64,000 nt of DNA from an uncultured Oscillospiraceae bacterium (GCA_964577535.1 CAZNZO010000001.1:138954-202953), one strand, 5' to 3'. Counted from the stretch's first letter, positions 48,595 to 59,016 are shown. Made by a program: numbers and translations. The notes: generated by a model not told the origin, from the letters alone.

Positions 48595-48797
48595 TTTAGT
48601 TTTTCCTCCTTTCAATATTTTTGCCGAAAACTCGGCCATATTAAAAACCCTTGCACGCAAACTACGGTACAAGGGCTGAGGTCGTTCGACTTCACCACTG
48701 TTGTACCTCGGCAAGATTTACCTTTGCACTTGCTGTCTTTGGTTACGCTGTGGGTTTTTATTTGATTTTTGCGCCTACGCTAGGCGCGGGCAAGCAA
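48595..48797 (-). ncRNA. Probable L10 (rplJL) leader with a terminator-like attenuator
   Basis: 203-nt spacer between rplA and rplJ. Hairpin CCCTTG...CAAGGG (48648-48675) is followed by UUUUU about 50 nt before the rplJ start. Firmicute rplJL operons are known to carry an L10(L12)4-binding leader. Confidence 0.45.
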
Positions 48798-49481
48798 TTA
48801 CGGACGATAGTTCACTTTGATGCCAGGGCCCATGGTGGTTGCGATAGCAACGGATTTGAGGTAGGTTCCCTTTGCACTTGCGGGTTTTGCTTTGATGATA
48901 GCGTCCATAACGGCGGTTACGTTTTCCAACAACTTTTCTTTTCCGAAAGATTTTTTGCCGAAAATTACGTGGCAGATGGATTGTTTATCCAAACGATATT
49001 CAACTTTACCTGCTTTTACGTCGTGAATTGCCTTAGCTACGTCCATGGTAACGGTTCCGCTCTTGGGGTTGGGCATCAAGCCTTTGGGGCCCAAAACTTT
49101 ACCCATACGACCTACCAAACCCATCATGTCGGGGGTGGTGATCATAACGTCGAAATCAAACCAGTTTTCTTTTTGGATCTTTTCGATATATTCTTCTGCT
49201 CCAACAAAATCTGCTCCGGCGGCTTTTGCTTCGTCTGCTTTTGCACCCTTAGCAATTACCAACACGCGAACCGTTTTACCTGTTCCGTTGGGAAGAACAA
49301 CAACACCACGAACTTGTTGGTCTGCGTGACGGCTGTCTACGCCCAATTTTACGTGAAGTTCAAGTGTTTCGTCGAAGTTTGCAGTTGCAATGTTCAATGC
49401 GGTGTCAATTGCTTCTGCCATGTCGTATTGTTTTGCTTTGTCAAACTTTTTCAAAGCGTCAACGTATTTCTTTCCTTTCAT
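48798..49481 (-). CDS. rplA: 50S ribosomal protein L1
   Basis: [24 protein letters not shown]. Confidence 0.95.
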   Translation of the reverse strand: MKGKKYVDALKKFDKAKQYDMAEAIDTALNIATANFDETLELHVKLGVDSRHADQQVRGVVVLPNGTGKTVRVLVIAKGAKADEAKAAGADFVGAEEYIEKIQKENWFDFDVMITTPDMMGLVGRMGKVLGPKGLMPNPKSGTVTMDVAKAIHDVKAGKVEYRLDKQSICHVIFGKKSFGKEKLLENVTAVMDAIIKAKPASAKGTYLKSVAIATTMGPGIKVNYRP

Positions 49482-49494
49482 TTGGCGCCTCCCC

Positions 49495-49920
49495 TTAGTC
49501 TACAACGGTGATGCCCATGCTACGAGCAGTACCGGCAATCATGGAGCAAGCTGCTTCCAATGATGCTGCATTCAAGTCTACCATTTTGAGGTTTGCAATT
49601 TCTTCGATTTGAGCGCGCGTGATTTTTGCAACCTTGGTTTTGTTGGGGGTTGCGCTGCCGCTTTCGATGCCACAAGCCTTCTTGATAAGAACGGGTGCAG
49701 GGGGAGTCTTCAAGACGAAAGTGAAACTGTGGTCTTGATAGATAGTTACGATAACGGGAATGATAAGTCCCGCTTTGTCGGCTGTTCTGGCGTTGAAATC
49801 CTTGGTGAAACCGGGGATGTTGATACCATGGGGGCCGAGTGCCGAGCCTACCGGGGGAGCCGGTGTGGCCTTTCCGGCAGGAAGTTGAAGTTTAACAACT
49901 GCCGTTACTTTTTTTGCCAT
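49495..49920 (-). CDS. rplK: 50S ribosomal protein L11
   Basis: [26 protein letters not shown]. Confidence 0.95.
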   Translation of the reverse strand: MAKKVTAVVKLQLPAGKATPAPPVGSALGPHGINIPGFTKDFNARTADKAGLIIPVIVTIYQDHSFTFVLKTPPAPVLIKKACGIESGSATPNKTKVAKITRAQIEEIANLKMVDLNAASLEAACSMIAGTARSMGITVVD

Positions 49921-50024
49921 AAGTTTTTTCCTCCTAGTCGTGGTTTTAGCGAAAACCCACGTTGTGGGCTTTCTCCCAAATTCCGTTTTTTAGCGAAACG
50001 GTTAAACGCTTTGCACTGCTTAGC

Positions 50025-50585
50025 CTATTCGTTTTCGTCGGCTGTTACAGTTGTTGCATTGTTGATTTTTTCCAGTTGAACGAAATCCATATCCACACTG
50101 GTTTCGCGACCAAACATGTTCAGCAAAACTTGCGCCTTTTGACGCGTTGTGTCTATTTCTTTGATAACGCCAACCAAACCTTCGAACGGACCGCTTACGA
50201 CGCGCACGTCGTCGCCGACAACCATATCGAAGTTGACGACAAATTCTTCCAGACGCAAACGCTTAACTTCGTCGTCGTCCAGCGGCCATGCTTTGCCGTT
50301 AGGACCAACAAAACCGGTTACGCCACGGGTGTTTGTTAGCATAAACCAAAGTTGATTGGAATACACCAATTTCACGAACACGTAGCAAGGCATAACCTTA
50401 CTTTCGTAGGCCTTTTTCTTGCCGTTCTTTTCTTCAATCAACGTTTCGGTAGGAATTTTGATGTCCAAAATTACGTCTTGCAGATTGCCGTTTTCGATCA
50501 TCTGCTCGATGCTTTTTTTCACCAAACTTTCGTATCCCGAATATGTGTGAAGAATATACCATTTTGCGTTGTTGATGTCACTCAT
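50025..50585 (-). CDS. nusG: Transcription antiterminator NusG
   Basis: NGN domain (KWYILHTYSGYE) and KOW motif (GDDVRVVSGPFEGLVGVI). Confidence 0.93.
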   Translation of the reverse strand: MSDINNAKWYILHTYSGYESLVKKSIEQMIENGNLQDVILDIKIPTETLIEEKNGKKKAYESKVMPCYVFVKLVYSNQLWFMLTNTRGVTGFVGPNGKAWPLDDDEVKRLRLEEFVVNFDMVVGDDVRVVSGPFEGLVGVIKEIDTTRQKAQVLLNMFGRETSVDMDFVQLEKINNATTVTADENE

Positions 50586-50593
50586 ATTTCAGT

Positions 50594-50809
50594 TTAGCCA
50601 ATCCATTTGATAATGTACATAAACAGTGTATCGAACCCGAAAATGATCACGCTGAAAAACAACACGACGAGCAAAACGATGCCGGTGTTTTTCAAAACGG
50701 TTTTAAACGTGGGCCAAGATACCTTTTTGAGTTCGCTCCAACTTTTTGCAAAGAACGAACCAAGTCTTCTGAAAAGGTTGGGCTTTTTGGCTTTTTGTTG
50801 TGCCGCCAT
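50594..50809 (-). CDS. secE: Preprotein translocase subunit SecE
   Basis: FFAKSWSELKKVSWPT followed by a single TM helix. Start at 50809 (AAGGAG). Confidence 0.85.
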   Translation of the reverse strand: MAAQQKAKKPNLFRRLGSFFAKSWSELKKVSWPTFKTVLKNTGIVLLVVLFFSVIIFGFDTLFMYIIKWIG

Positions 50810-50820
50810 AGTAGTTCTCC

Positions 50821-50988
50821 TTACTTCGATTCCTTGTGAGTCGTGTGCTTTTTGCAAAATCTGCAGTACTTGTGCATTTCAAGTCTGTCGGTTGTGGTTT
50901 TGCTGTTTTTGTAGGTATCATAGTTGCGTTGTTTGCATTCGGTGCAAGCAAGCACTACCTTAACTCTATTACCTTTCTTCGCTGCCAT
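50821..50988 (-). CDS. rpmG: 50S ribosomal protein L33 (55 aa, absent from the ORF track)
   Basis: My own translation: [61 protein letters not shown] Shine-Dalgarno. Confidence 0.9.
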   Translation of the reverse strand: MAAKKGNRVKVVLACTECKQRNYDTYKNSKTTTDRLEMHKYCRFCKKHTTHKESK

Positions 50989-51078
50989 ACTCTTAATTCT
51001 CCTAAGTTTTGCGCCAAAATTACACTGTTAGATTTTTTTGCACGCAAAAAATTACACCCCATACAGAAGTGCAAGAGT

Positions 51079-51107
51079 ATGATACCACAACTTGCAAACG
51101 ATGTCAA
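51079..51107 (-). promoter_or_regulatory. Promoter of rpmG-secE-nusG
   Basis: Minus strand: TTGACA, 17-nt spacer, TGgTATCAT. Confidence 0.55.
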
Positions 51108-51149
51108 CGAAATAACCGACATTTAACCAACAAAAATTGAAAACTGCTA

Positions 51150-51178
51150 TTGACAATCGGCGGCAAAACCACTATAAT
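51150..51178 (+). promoter_or_regulatory. Consensus sigmaA promoter of cdd
   Basis: TTGACA, 17-nt spacer, TATAAT. Confidence 0.65.
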
Positions 51179-51229
51179 ATACACCCACGCGAAAGCGAGG
51201 TTACACCGCTATTTTTAGGAGAATTGACC

Positions 51230-51640
51230 ATGATAAACTACAAACAACTGGTACGCGAAGCCTACGAGGCGCAAAAGTTTGCATACGCTCCCTATTCCAA
51301 CTGGGTGGTGGGCGCAGCACTTCTTACCAAGGAAGGGAAAATATATCGCGGTTGCAACGTGGAAAACTCTACCTTTTCGCCATCCAACTGCGCCGAACGC
51401 ACGGCAATTTTCAAGGCCGTTTCGGAAGGGGTCAGAAATTTTGTCGCCATTGCCATTGTTGGCAACGACAAAAACACCGAAATAGGCAAAGGGGATTTTT
51501 GTCCGCCTTGCGGAGTGTGCCGCCAAGTTATGACGGAATTTTGCGATGGCAATTTTGAAATTATTTTGGCAAAAGGATACGACGACTTTGAGGTTTACAC
51601 CCTAAGCGACGTTATGCCCCTTGTTAGCCGCCCCATCTAA
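51230..51640 (+). CDS. cdd: Cytidine deaminase
   Basis: CAERTAIFKAV and PCGVCRQV zinc motifs. Start at 51230 (TAGGAG). Confidence 0.9.
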   Translation: MINYKQLVREAYEAQKFAYAPYSNWVVGAALLTKEGKIYRGCNVENSTFSPSNCAERTAIFKAVSEGVRNFVAIAIVGNDKNTEIGKGDFCPPCGVCRQVMTEFCDGNFEIILAKGYDDFEVYTLSDVMPLVSRPI

Positions 51641-51649
51641 GCAAACACA

Positions 51650-51690
51650 ACAAAAAAAGAACCACTGAACAGATCGGTGGTTCTTTTTGT
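51650..51690. terminator. Bidirectional terminator between cdd and the DUF1292 gene
   Basis: AGAACCAC-loop-GTGGTTCT, flanked by a 7-A run and a 5-T run. Confidence 0.65.
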
Positions 51691-51730
51691 TTGGCTAATT
51701 TTTGTGCTGCGCACCTAGAGCAGCAAACGG

Positions 51731-52048
51731 CTATTCTTCTTCCGGTTGTTCGTCGCAAGCCTTGTAGTATTCTTCAAAAATAAGTTGGCCTAGCCCTTCG
51801 TCTTCTACAAGAGTCAAGGAATAATCGCCGTCCTTTTCTTCCAGTTTGAACACAAGCGCCTCGTCTTCTTCCAAGGCCGATTCAAAAAATTCCCCTACCG
51901 GGCGCAAGATGCAATACAATTCGTCTTGAAACGGAATGGTTGCAATTTGCTCAAATTCCGAACCGATGCCATCATCCGATTGCAAAACGATGTTGCCATC
52001 GTCTTCGTCGTCGCACAAAATGTCAATCAAACTTTTTTCTTCGCTCAT
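51731..52048 (-). CDS. DUF1292-like acidic protein
   Basis: Pattern EFEQIATIPFQDELYCIL...EDEALVFKLEE. ATGA overlap with the upstream gene. Confidence 0.7.
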   Translation of the reverse strand: MSEEKSLIDILCDDEDDGNIVLQSDDGIGSEFEQIATIPFQDELYCILRPVGEFFESALEEDEALVFKLEEKDGDYSLTLVEDEGLGQLIFEEYYKACDEQPEEE

Positions 52049-52395
52049 TTTTGTTCCTCCTCTGTTTGTTCGTTAGTTTCAACTTTTTCTACCAAGCCCA
52101 CAACGTCTTCAACGGGCAAACAAAAAGCAATTCCCTTTCCTTCCGATTTTAGGCCGACTTTTTCGTAGATGGCTTTCATTATGGCATCACGAACTTCGTG
52201 TTCAACCAAAATCATAACCAATTCCTTATCCGGCTGAATGGAAATGTTGAATATTTTTTCCGCTTCGACGTTGGCTGTGCCACGAGCGTGAATAACTGTG
52301 CCGCCACGAGCGCCGAACTCTCTTGCCGCTTCCATAACTTGTTCGGAAAAACCTGCGTTTACAACGCACATAATGACTTCGTGTTCGAATTTCAT
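52045..52395 (-). CDS. PII-like signal-transduction protein (116 aa)
   Basis: beta-alpha-beta pattern (EVIMCVVNAGFSEQVMEAAREFGARGGTVIHARG) and C-terminal GKGIAFCLPVEDV, resembling GlnB GDGKIFV. Confidence 0.7.
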   Translation of the reverse strand: MKFEHEVIMCVVNAGFSEQVMEAAREFGARGGTVIHARGTANVEAEKIFNISIQPDKELVMILVEHEVRDAIMKAIYEKVGLKSEGKGIAFCLPVEDVVGLVEKVETNEQTEEEQK

Positions 52396-52400
52396 ATTTG

Positions 52401-52814
52401 CTACTCCTTGTTGCTTAAAAACCTGTAGATAAGCACGCCGATGGTGCTGGTGAGAGGGACGGTGTAGGCAATGCCCTTTCCGCCTCGTATGGTTGCAAAC
52501 TTTCTTTCCAACGCTTGCAGGGCGCTTTTTGCGTTTTCTTGCGTAAGCACGCTGAACAGCACCGATTTATCCACGTCCGGAGTGAGCAAACCCAACGCTT
52601 TTTGCGCCGTACCCACGGCCAATGCAGTGAACTGAAAATTGCAGTGGAAAGATTGAATAAGATCCAAAAAGTACTCGCTTTTTTCGCGATTTACCACCGT
52701 TACCAGCAACACCAACTTATCCGGTGCAACGGTGGCTTGTTTTTGTGCGCCGGCATTTTTGCTAGCGCTTTTTGCGGCCAATTTGGCCCCGATTGTTCTA
52801 GACGATTTTGCCAT
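52401..52814 (-). CDS. Divergent PII-like protein with a K/A-rich N-terminal extension (137 aa)
   Basis: LVLLVTVVNREKSEYFLDLIQSF...GGKGIAYTVPL. The first ~30 residues are a basic tail. Confidence 0.55.
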   Translation of the reverse strand: MAKSSRTIGAKLAAKSASKNAGAQKQATVAPDKLVLLVTVVNREKSEYFLDLIQSFHCNFQFTALAVGTAQKALGLLTPDVDKSVLFSVLTQENAKSALQALERKFATIRGGKGIAYTVPLTSTIGVLIYRFLSNKE

Positions 52815-52826
52815 TTCTGCCCTCCG

Positions 52827-54362
52827 TTACATAAAGTTGATAATTTGTTCGTCGTCGGCGGACAAAATGCGATTCATTGCAATCTTGTCGCGAACTTTCT
52901 TTGCCATTACCGCACGGAAACCAAGCAATTGTATGGTGATTAGCGGTGTCATTGCAACCATTGCAACCACGCCGAAAGCGTCGGTTAAAATGCGATCGCC
53001 CGCACCGTTGTTTGCGCCAACGCATGCGCCAATGAGCAACGGCAAAATGAAGCTGGAAGTTAGCGGACCGGAAGCAACGCCGCCAGAATCGAATGCAATT
53101 GCCGTATACAGTTTGGGAACGAAGAAACTAAGTCCCAACGAAATTAGGTAGCCTGGGATAAGATAGTATAGCAGCGAGAATTTGAGCCAAACTCTTAGCA
53201 TGGATAGGCCGATGGAAATGCCAACGCCGATGCTTAGTGCCACCATCATTGTTTTTTTGCCAACCGTGCCGCCGGTTATTTCTTCTACTTGCCTGTTCAA
53301 CACGCTTACGGCCGGCTCTGCCAAAACCACCACTGCGCCCAACACGAACGCAAACAAAATGGAAAAGACGGGGGAATTGTTGGCCAATTCCGTGCCAAGT
53401 TTGTAGCCAATGGCCATGAATCCCGCCGAAACTGCCGTTAGGAACAACACCAATCCAACAAAGGTATATACAACGCCAACGACAATGCGCAGCAACGTGC
53501 GTTTGGGAAGTTTCAAGCAGAAAAATTGAAATACAAAGAAAAACGCACTTATAAGCCCCATCGATAGCGCAACTTCTTTTGTTACTTGCCACATGGAAGT
53601 GAAGAAGGAGCCAACAATATCCGCCCCCAGCGAATAATCGGGAACGAAAGTTACGCCGGCACTATCGGCTGTGACAATGCCAAGCGCGGTTACCGCCAAA
53701 ATGGGGCCGATGGAACACATTGCAATAAGGCCGAAGCTGTTTTCGTTGGCATCTTTGCCACCCAACGTTTGCGAAATACCAACGCCAAGCGCCATGATGA
53801 ATGGCACTGTTATGGGGCCGGTTGTAACGCCGCCAGAATCGAAGGACAGCGCGATAAATTCGGCGTTGCCTGTTTCTATAAGCAAAGCGGCAAGCGCAAA
53901 AAGCATCATGTAGAAAAACATTAGCATGCGCGAAAGCGACACTTTGAAAACAATGCGAACAACGGCAAGCACCAAAAATACGCCCACGCCTACGCCCACC
54001 GAAACTATAAGCACGGCAGGGGTTACGCGTTCGGCAATTTGCGATGCCAGCACGGAAAGGTCGGGTTCGGCAACGGTTATCAAAACACCCATTGCAAAGC
54101 ACACAGAAAACAACAGCACCGGTTTTTTGGATTTTGTTAGGCCAGCACCCATATATTCGCCGATGGGTGTCATGGCGATATCTGCGCCCAAATTGAACAA
54201 ACCAATGCCCAAAATTAGCAGCAGCGCCGAAACACAAAATACCACCAGTTCCGTGGAAGACAAGTTAACCCACGGAGTGCAACACAAAATAAGCACTAGC
54301 ACCACTACGGGCAGTACCGAAAAAATAGATTCTTTGGTTTTTTTCCACAATGCTCGAACCAA
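52827..54362 (-). CDS. Internally duplicated DUF1538-like permease
   Basis: Polytopic protein with two copies of a motif: FDSGGVTTGPITVPFIMALGVG and FDSGGVASGPLTSSFILPLLIG. Start uncertain; I chose the TTG at 54362, 6 nt after GAGGTG. Confidence 0.65.
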   Translation of the reverse strand: MVRALWKKTKESIFSVLPVVVLVLILCCTPWVNLSSTELVVFCVSALLLILGIGLFNLGADIAMTPIGEYMGAGLTKSKKPVLLFSVCFAMGVLITVAEPDLSVLASQIAERVTPAVLIVSVGVGVGVFLVLAVVRIVFKVSLSRMLMFFYMMLFALAALLIETGNAEFIALSFDSGGVTTGPITVPFIMALGVGISQTLGGKDANENSFGLIAMCSIGPILAVTALGIVTADSAGVTFVPDYSLGADIVGSFFTSMWQVTKEVALSMGLISAFFFVFQFFCLKLPKRTLLRIVVGVVYTFVGLVLFLTAVSAGFMAIGYKLGTELANNSPVFSILFAFVLGAVVVLAEPAVSVLNRQVEEITGGTVGKKTMMVALSIGVGISIGLSMLRVWLKFSLLYYLIPGYLISLGLSFFVPKLYTAIAFDSGGVASGPLTSSFILPLLIGACVGANNGAGDRILTDAFGVVAMVAMTPLITIQLLGFRAVMAKKVRDKIAMNRILSADDEQIINFM

Positions 54363-54380
54363 TTGCTTCACCTCGAATTT

Positions 54381-54409
54381 ATTATAGCATTTTTTTTGCC
54401 GTTTTGCAA
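54381..54409 (-). promoter_or_regulatory. Promoter of the DUF1538-PII-PII-DUF1292 operon
   Basis: Minus strand: TTGCAA, 17-nt spacer, TATAAT. Confidence 0.55.
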
Positions 54410-54630
54410 TAGGTGTGGACGGGTAAAAGCTGTCTTTGCCACCATTTTTGTGATGGAAACAAGCACGCAACTGCCCCTCTTTTGTATTGCGGCACCTACT
54501 TTTTAAATACTAAAACAATTTGCTGAAATCTAGCACAAAAAATTGCGCGAAAGCACGCCGTTTTTAATACAAAACCCCGCCAAACGTACAGTTTTGACGA
54601 GGTTTTTTGCTTTTTTGAAACCTTATAACG

Positions 54631-55065
54631 TTATTCACCTTGTGCGACGTCAAAAAGAAATTGATAGTCGTAGTCCAGTTCCGTTGCAGTGGCATGGCAA
54701 AAATCTATCACGGCAGAGGATGGGGAAATTGTGGGCTTTTCGACTATGCTGATAAACTTAACAACCACTTCAAGCGTGAATTTTACGTTGTGACCTTTGC
54801 GAAAATCCCTTAAAAGTTCAACCTTTTCCAGCAAGGGCGATATTGTTTTTTCCATTTGCTTTTCGGCATGCACATAGTTTTTGGTTGCCACCGAGCCGCA
54901 ACGCCACATAGAAAATTGATAGGTTTGACCGCCAGCTGCCTGGCGCGCATCACCTTTTTTCCACTGCTTATCCGGTTGAATTCCTAGCAATGCCGTCACT
55001 TCGTCGGGCGCAAAATCGCCCATTATTTTGAAATACGTTTTTATTTTGAATTTTGCTTCGTCCAT
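54631..55065 (-). CDS. DUF4279-like protein (144 aa)
   Basis: MDEAKFKIKTYFKIMGDFAPDEVTALLGIQP... Track ORF trimmed to the ATG at 55065 behind GGAGGAAAAAA. Confidence 0.6.
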   Translation of the reverse strand: MDEAKFKIKTYFKIMGDFAPDEVTALLGIQPDKQWKKGDARQAAGGQTYQFSMWRCGSVATKNYVHAEKQMEKTISPLLEKVELLRDFRKGHNVKFTLEVVVKFISIVEKPTISPSSAVIDFCHATATELDYDYQFLFDVAQGE

Positions 55066-55482
55066 TTTTTCCTCCGCCGGGGCGCACACCCAAGCACTAT
55101 TTATATGCGCAAACGGCGCCATGCAGACGCCGAACTGCATGCATATTATACCACTTTTTTGCTTTTTTCGCCAGCAAGAGAAAAACAAAAAAAATGCCCA
55201 AAAAAGGTTAAAAATACGCACAAATGCGCATACTTTTTGCTCGCTTATTGCGGCAGAAAAGTTGTTTTTGGCAACAAAAAAACGGCCGAAAAACAACATC
55301 GACCGCTTTGAAATTTTGATTATATAAATACACTTTTGCTGCATATTTCAATATTGTGCAGTTGTTCTGGCGGCGGGCAGGTGGACACAGACGTGATTGA
55401 AAATTCGTGTTCAAGGAAACGACAAGATTGCCAACACAATAAAAAATGCCTTATTACCTACACAATTAAAAATGTTGCAAAA

Positions 55483-55518
55483 GCAAAAAAAATCTCACCT
55501 CAAGCGAGGTGAGATTTT
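55483..55518 (-). terminator. Terminator of tuf
   Basis: AATCTCACCTC-loop-GAGGTGAGATT followed by a U-run on the minus strand. Confidence 0.7.
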
Positions 55519-55541
55519 TAAGTTATTCGTGTTTAGTCCAA

Positions 55542-56753
55542 TTACTTAATGATCTTGGAAACAACGCCGGAACCAACAGTGTGGCCGCCTTCACGGATAG
55601 CGAAACGAAGTCCTTCTTCCATAGCGATGGGGGTGATCAAATCAACTTTGATGTGAGTGTGGTCACCGGGCATAACCATTTCTACGCCTTCGTCAAGAGC
55701 GATAGTTCCTGTAACGTCGGTCGTACGGAAGTAGAATTGAGGACGATATCCTTTGAAGAACGGGCTGTGACGGCCGCCTTCTTCCTTAGTAAGAACGTAA
55801 ACTTGACCTTCGAATTCGGTGTGAGGAGTTACGCTTTTGGGTTTAGCAATAACTTGGCCGCGTTCGATTTCTTTACGATCTACACCACGAAGCAACAAAC
55901 CTACGTTGTCGCCTGCGAAAGCTTCGTCAAGAAGTTTACGGAACATTTCAACGCCGGTAACAACGGACGTTTTGATTTCGTCTTTCAAACCAACGATTTC
56001 TACGGGGTCGGAAGGTTTGATGGAACCACGTTCTACTCTGCCGGTAGCAACCGTTCCACGTCCGGTGATGGTGAATACGTCTTCAACGGGCATAAGGAAG
56101 GGTTTGTCGGTGTCACGAGCGGGAGTGGGGATGTAAGCGTCAACTGCATCCATCAAATCCAAAATGGGTTTGTAAACGGGGCTGTTGATGTCGTGATCGC
56201 CACTGTTGTAAGCATCGATAGCGCATTTAGCGGAACCTTTAACGATAGGAGTATCGTCGCCGGGGAATTCGTACTTGGAAAGGAGTTCTCTGATTTCCAT
56301 TTCTACAAGTTCCAAAAGTTCTTCGTCGTCTACCAAGTCGGTTTTGTTCATGAATACTACGATGTAGGGAACGCCAACCTGACGAGCGAGCAAGATGTGC
56401 TCACGAGTTTGGGGCATCGGGCCGTCTGCGGAAGAAACGACGAGGATAGCGCCGTCCATCTGAGCAGCACCGGTGATCATGTTTTTAACATAGTCAGCGT
56501 GGCCGGGGCAGTCTACGTGTGCGTAGTGACGAGCATCGGTTTCGTATTCTACGTGTGCGGTGTTAATTGTGATACCACGTGCTCTTTCTTCGGGAGCCTT
56601 GTCGATTTGGTCGTAAGCCATAACTTCAGCATCGTTCTTCATGGAAAGAACCATGGTGATAGCTGCGGTCAAAGTGGTCTTGCCGTGGTCTACGTGGCCA
56701 ATCGTACCAATGTTGACGTGGGGTTTGCTTCTGTCAAATTTCGCTTTTGCCAT
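55542..56753 (-). CDS. tuf: Elongation factor Tu
   Basis: [32 protein letters not shown]. Confidence 0.98.
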   Translation of the reverse strand: MAKAKFDRSKPHVNIGTIGHVDHGKTTLTAAITMVLSMKNDAEVMAYDQIDKAPEERARGITINTAHVEYETDARHYAHVDCPGHADYVKNMITGAAQMDGAILVVSSADGPMPQTREHILLARQVGVPYIVVFMNKTDLVDDEELLELVEMEIRELLSKYEFPGDDTPIVKGSAKCAIDAYNSGDHDINSPVYKPILDLMDAVDAYIPTPARDTDKPFLMPVEDVFTITGRGTVATGRVERGSIKPSDPVEIVGLKDEIKTSVVTGVEMFRKLLDEAFAGDNVGLLLRGVDRKEIERGQVIAKPKSVTPHTEFEGQVYVLTKEEGGRHSPFFKGYRPQFYFRTTDVTGTIALDEGVEMVMPGDHTHIKVDLITPIAMEEGLRFAIREGGHTVGSGVVSKIIK

Positions 56754-56879
56754 TGTGATGATTTCCTCCTGTAATTTGTTGACAAAAATGGTAATTGTGT
56801 TAGCAAATTGTTCGCTTTTTCAATTATAACTTATTTTTTTGTTTTGGTCTATACTTTTTGTAAAAGTTTTTCCAAATTT

Positions 56880-58979
56880 TTACTTATTGCCGCTTTCCTT
56901 GGTAATCTTTTCTTTTATTGCCTTAGGAACTTCGGCAAAGTGGTCGAATTGCATTGTGTAGTTGCCTCTGCCTTGAGTTCTGGAACGCAAGTCTGTTGCG
57001 TAGCCAAACATTTCGGCCAAAGGAATGAATGCATTTACAACCTGAACTCCGTTGCGGAGTTCGATACCGGAAACGTTGCCGCGACGGCTGGAAACGTTGC
57101 CCATAACGTCGCCCAAATATTCTTCCGGCATGGTTATTTCTACCTTCATCATGGGTTCCAACAAAACGGGGTCGGCTTTTGCAGCGGCATTTTTAAATGC
57201 CAACGAGCCGGCAATTTTGAACGCCATTTCGCTGCTGTCCACGGGGTGGAAACTTCCGTCGTACACTGTAACTTTGAAATCCACCACTTCGTAGCCTGCC
57301 AAGGGGCCGGTTTTGGATGCTTCAACAATACCGTTGTTGATAGGTTGAATATATTCTTTGGGAATACTTCCGCCCACCGTTGCATCCACAAATTCGTAGC
57401 CTTTGCCTGCTTCTTGCGGTTCCATTTTGATTTTACAGTGACCGTACTGACCTTTACCACCAGATTGACGAACGTACTTGCCTTCCGCTTCAACCGCCTT
57501 GGTGATGGTTTCGCGGTAGGATACCTGAGGTTTACCAACGTTTGCTTCCACTTTGAATTCGCGCAACAATCTGTCCACGATAATTTCCAAGTGCAATTCG
57601 CCCATACCGGCAATGATGGTTTGACCCGTTTCTTGGTCGGTATAAGTTTTGAACGTGGGGTCTTCCTCGGCAAGCTTGATAAGTGCAAGGGTCATTTTTT
57701 CCTGACCAGCCTTGGTTTTGGGTTCGATTGCAACCTTAATAACGGGTTCGGGGAAGATCATGCTATCCAAAACGATGGGATTCTTTTCTTCACACAAAGT
57801 GTCGCCCGTGGTAGTATCTTTCAAACCAACCAATGCAACAATTTCGCCTGCGTAGGTTTCGTCAATTTCTTCACGTTGAGCTGCGTGCATTTGCAACACT
57901 TTGGTGATGCGTTCACGCTTGCCCTTGGTGGAATTGTAGATGTAGCTGCCGGCTTGCAATTTGCCGCTATAAACACGACAGTAGGCCAACTTACCAACAA
58001 ACGGATCGGCAACAATTTTGAATGCCAAACCGCAGAACGGTTCGTTGTCGTCTGTTTTGCGCACTATTTCTTTGCTTTCGTCGTGAACGTCAAAACCAAC
58101 AACGTGGTCCACGTCTACGGGGCTGGGCAAATATTCGCAAATTGCATCCAACAGTTTTTGAACGCCCTTGTTTTTGTAGGCAGAGCCGCACAAAACGGGA
58201 TTCACTTTAAGTTCGATAACAGCCTTACGCAAAGCTTTTTTAATTTCGTCGACGGAAAGGTCGCCTTCTTCAAAAAACTTTTCCATAAGCGCGTCGTCGG
58301 TGCCAGCGCAGAATTCCACAAGTTCGTCGTGTGCCTTGTCCACTGCGGCAACCATATCTGCAGGAATAGGTCCTTCGTCGATAACCGATCCGGTGGGATC
58401 GTTGTAGAAGTAGGCCTTTTTGGTTATTACGTCTACCAAACCTTTGAAGGTTTCTTCCTTGCCGATAGGCAACTGAATGGGCAATGCGTTGGATTTCAAT
58501 CTTTCACGCATCATTCTTACAACGTTTTCGAAGTTTGCGCCGTTGATATCCATTTTGTTTACGAATGCAATTCTGGGCACGTTGTATTTGGACGCTTGGT
58601 GCCACACCGTTTCGCTTTGGGGTTCTACACCGCCTTTTGCACAGAAAACAGCAACTGCGCCATCCAAAACGCGAAGCGAGCGTTCAACTTCCACGGTGAA
58701 ATCTACGTGGCCCGGAGTGTCGATAAGGTTTATGCGATAATCCGTGTCGTTGTAGTGATCAATCCAGTGGACGGTAGTTGCCGCGCTTGCGATGGTTATG
58801 CCGCGTTCTTGTTCTTGCGCCATGCTGTCCATAACGGCCGTTCCGTCGTGCGTTTCGCCAATTTTGCGGGTTTTGCCGGAAAAGAACAGTATTCTTTCGC
58901 TTGTGGTTGTTTTACCTGCGTCGATGTGCGCCATAATACCAATGTTGCGCACGTTTTGCAAGGGATAAATTCTAGCCAT
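56880..58979 (-). CDS. fusA: Elongation factor G
   Basis: [20 protein letters not shown]...[10 protein letters not shown]. Confidence 0.98.
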   Translation of the reverse strand: MARIYPLQNVRNIGIMAHIDAGKTTTSERILFFSGKTRKIGETHDGTAVMDSMAQEQERGITIASAATTVHWIDHYNDTDYRINLIDTPGHVDFTVEVERSLRVLDGAVAVFCAKGGVEPQSETVWHQASKYNVPRIAFVNKMDINGANFENVVRMMRERLKSNALPIQLPIGKEETFKGLVDVITKKAYFYNDPTGSVIDEGPIPADMVAAVDKAHDELVEFCAGTDDALMEKFFEEGDLSVDEIKKALRKAVIELKVNPVLCGSAYKNKGVQKLLDAICEYLPSPVDVDHVVGFDVHDESKEIVRKTDDNEPFCGLAFKIVADPFVGKLAYCRVYSGKLQAGSYIYNSTKGKRERITKVLQMHAAQREEIDETYAGEIVALVGLKDTTTGDTLCEEKNPIVLDSMIFPEPVIKVAIEPKTKAGQEKMTLALIKLAEEDPTFKTYTDQETGQTIIAGMGELHLEIIVDRLLREFKVEANVGKPQVSYRETITKAVEAEGKYVRQSGGKGQYGHCKIKMEPQEAGKGYEFVDATVGGSIPKEYIQPINNGIVEASKTGPLAGYEVVDFKVTVYDGSFHPVDSSEMAFKIAGSLAFKNAAAKADPVLLEPMMKVEITMPEEYLGDVMGNVSSRRGNVSGIELRNGVQVVNAFIPLAEMFGYATDLRSRTQGRGNYTMQFDHFAEVPKAIKEKITKESGNK

Positions 58980-59016
58980 TTTCGTTACTTAACTCCAAAT
59001 TAAATTGCGATGATAA

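Noticed and set aside
55066-55541. I searched this and the other long spacers for tRNA, tmRNA, SRP RNA or riboswitch signatures. The other spacers were 19051-19222, 29378-29629 and 47341-47559.
   Set aside because: I found no T-loop GGTTCGAAT-type motif and no conserved riboswitch core that I could recognise by eye. This cannot be fully excluded without a covariance-model scan.
56808-59003. Very long antisense ORFs opposite highly expressed genes. Examples are 731 aa opposite fusA, 421 aa opposite tuf (55509-56774), 669 aa opposite pulA (44203-46212), 379 aa opposite gap (7126-8265), 390 aa opposite fba (8322-9494), 377 aa across rpsG-rpsL (59029-60162), and 397 aa opposite the adhesin (61507-62700).
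   Set aside because: For fusA and tuf I checked the arithmetic, and the antisense ORF lies in the exact codon-complement frame of the real gene. In that frame, stops arise only from sense codons TTA, CTA and TCA, so their scarcity in these genes would explain the open frame. I did not tally codon usage. The translations are low-complexity (V/F/G/N/C/H-rich), have no Shine-Dalgarno sites, and resemble no family. The sense-strand proteins are unmistakable.
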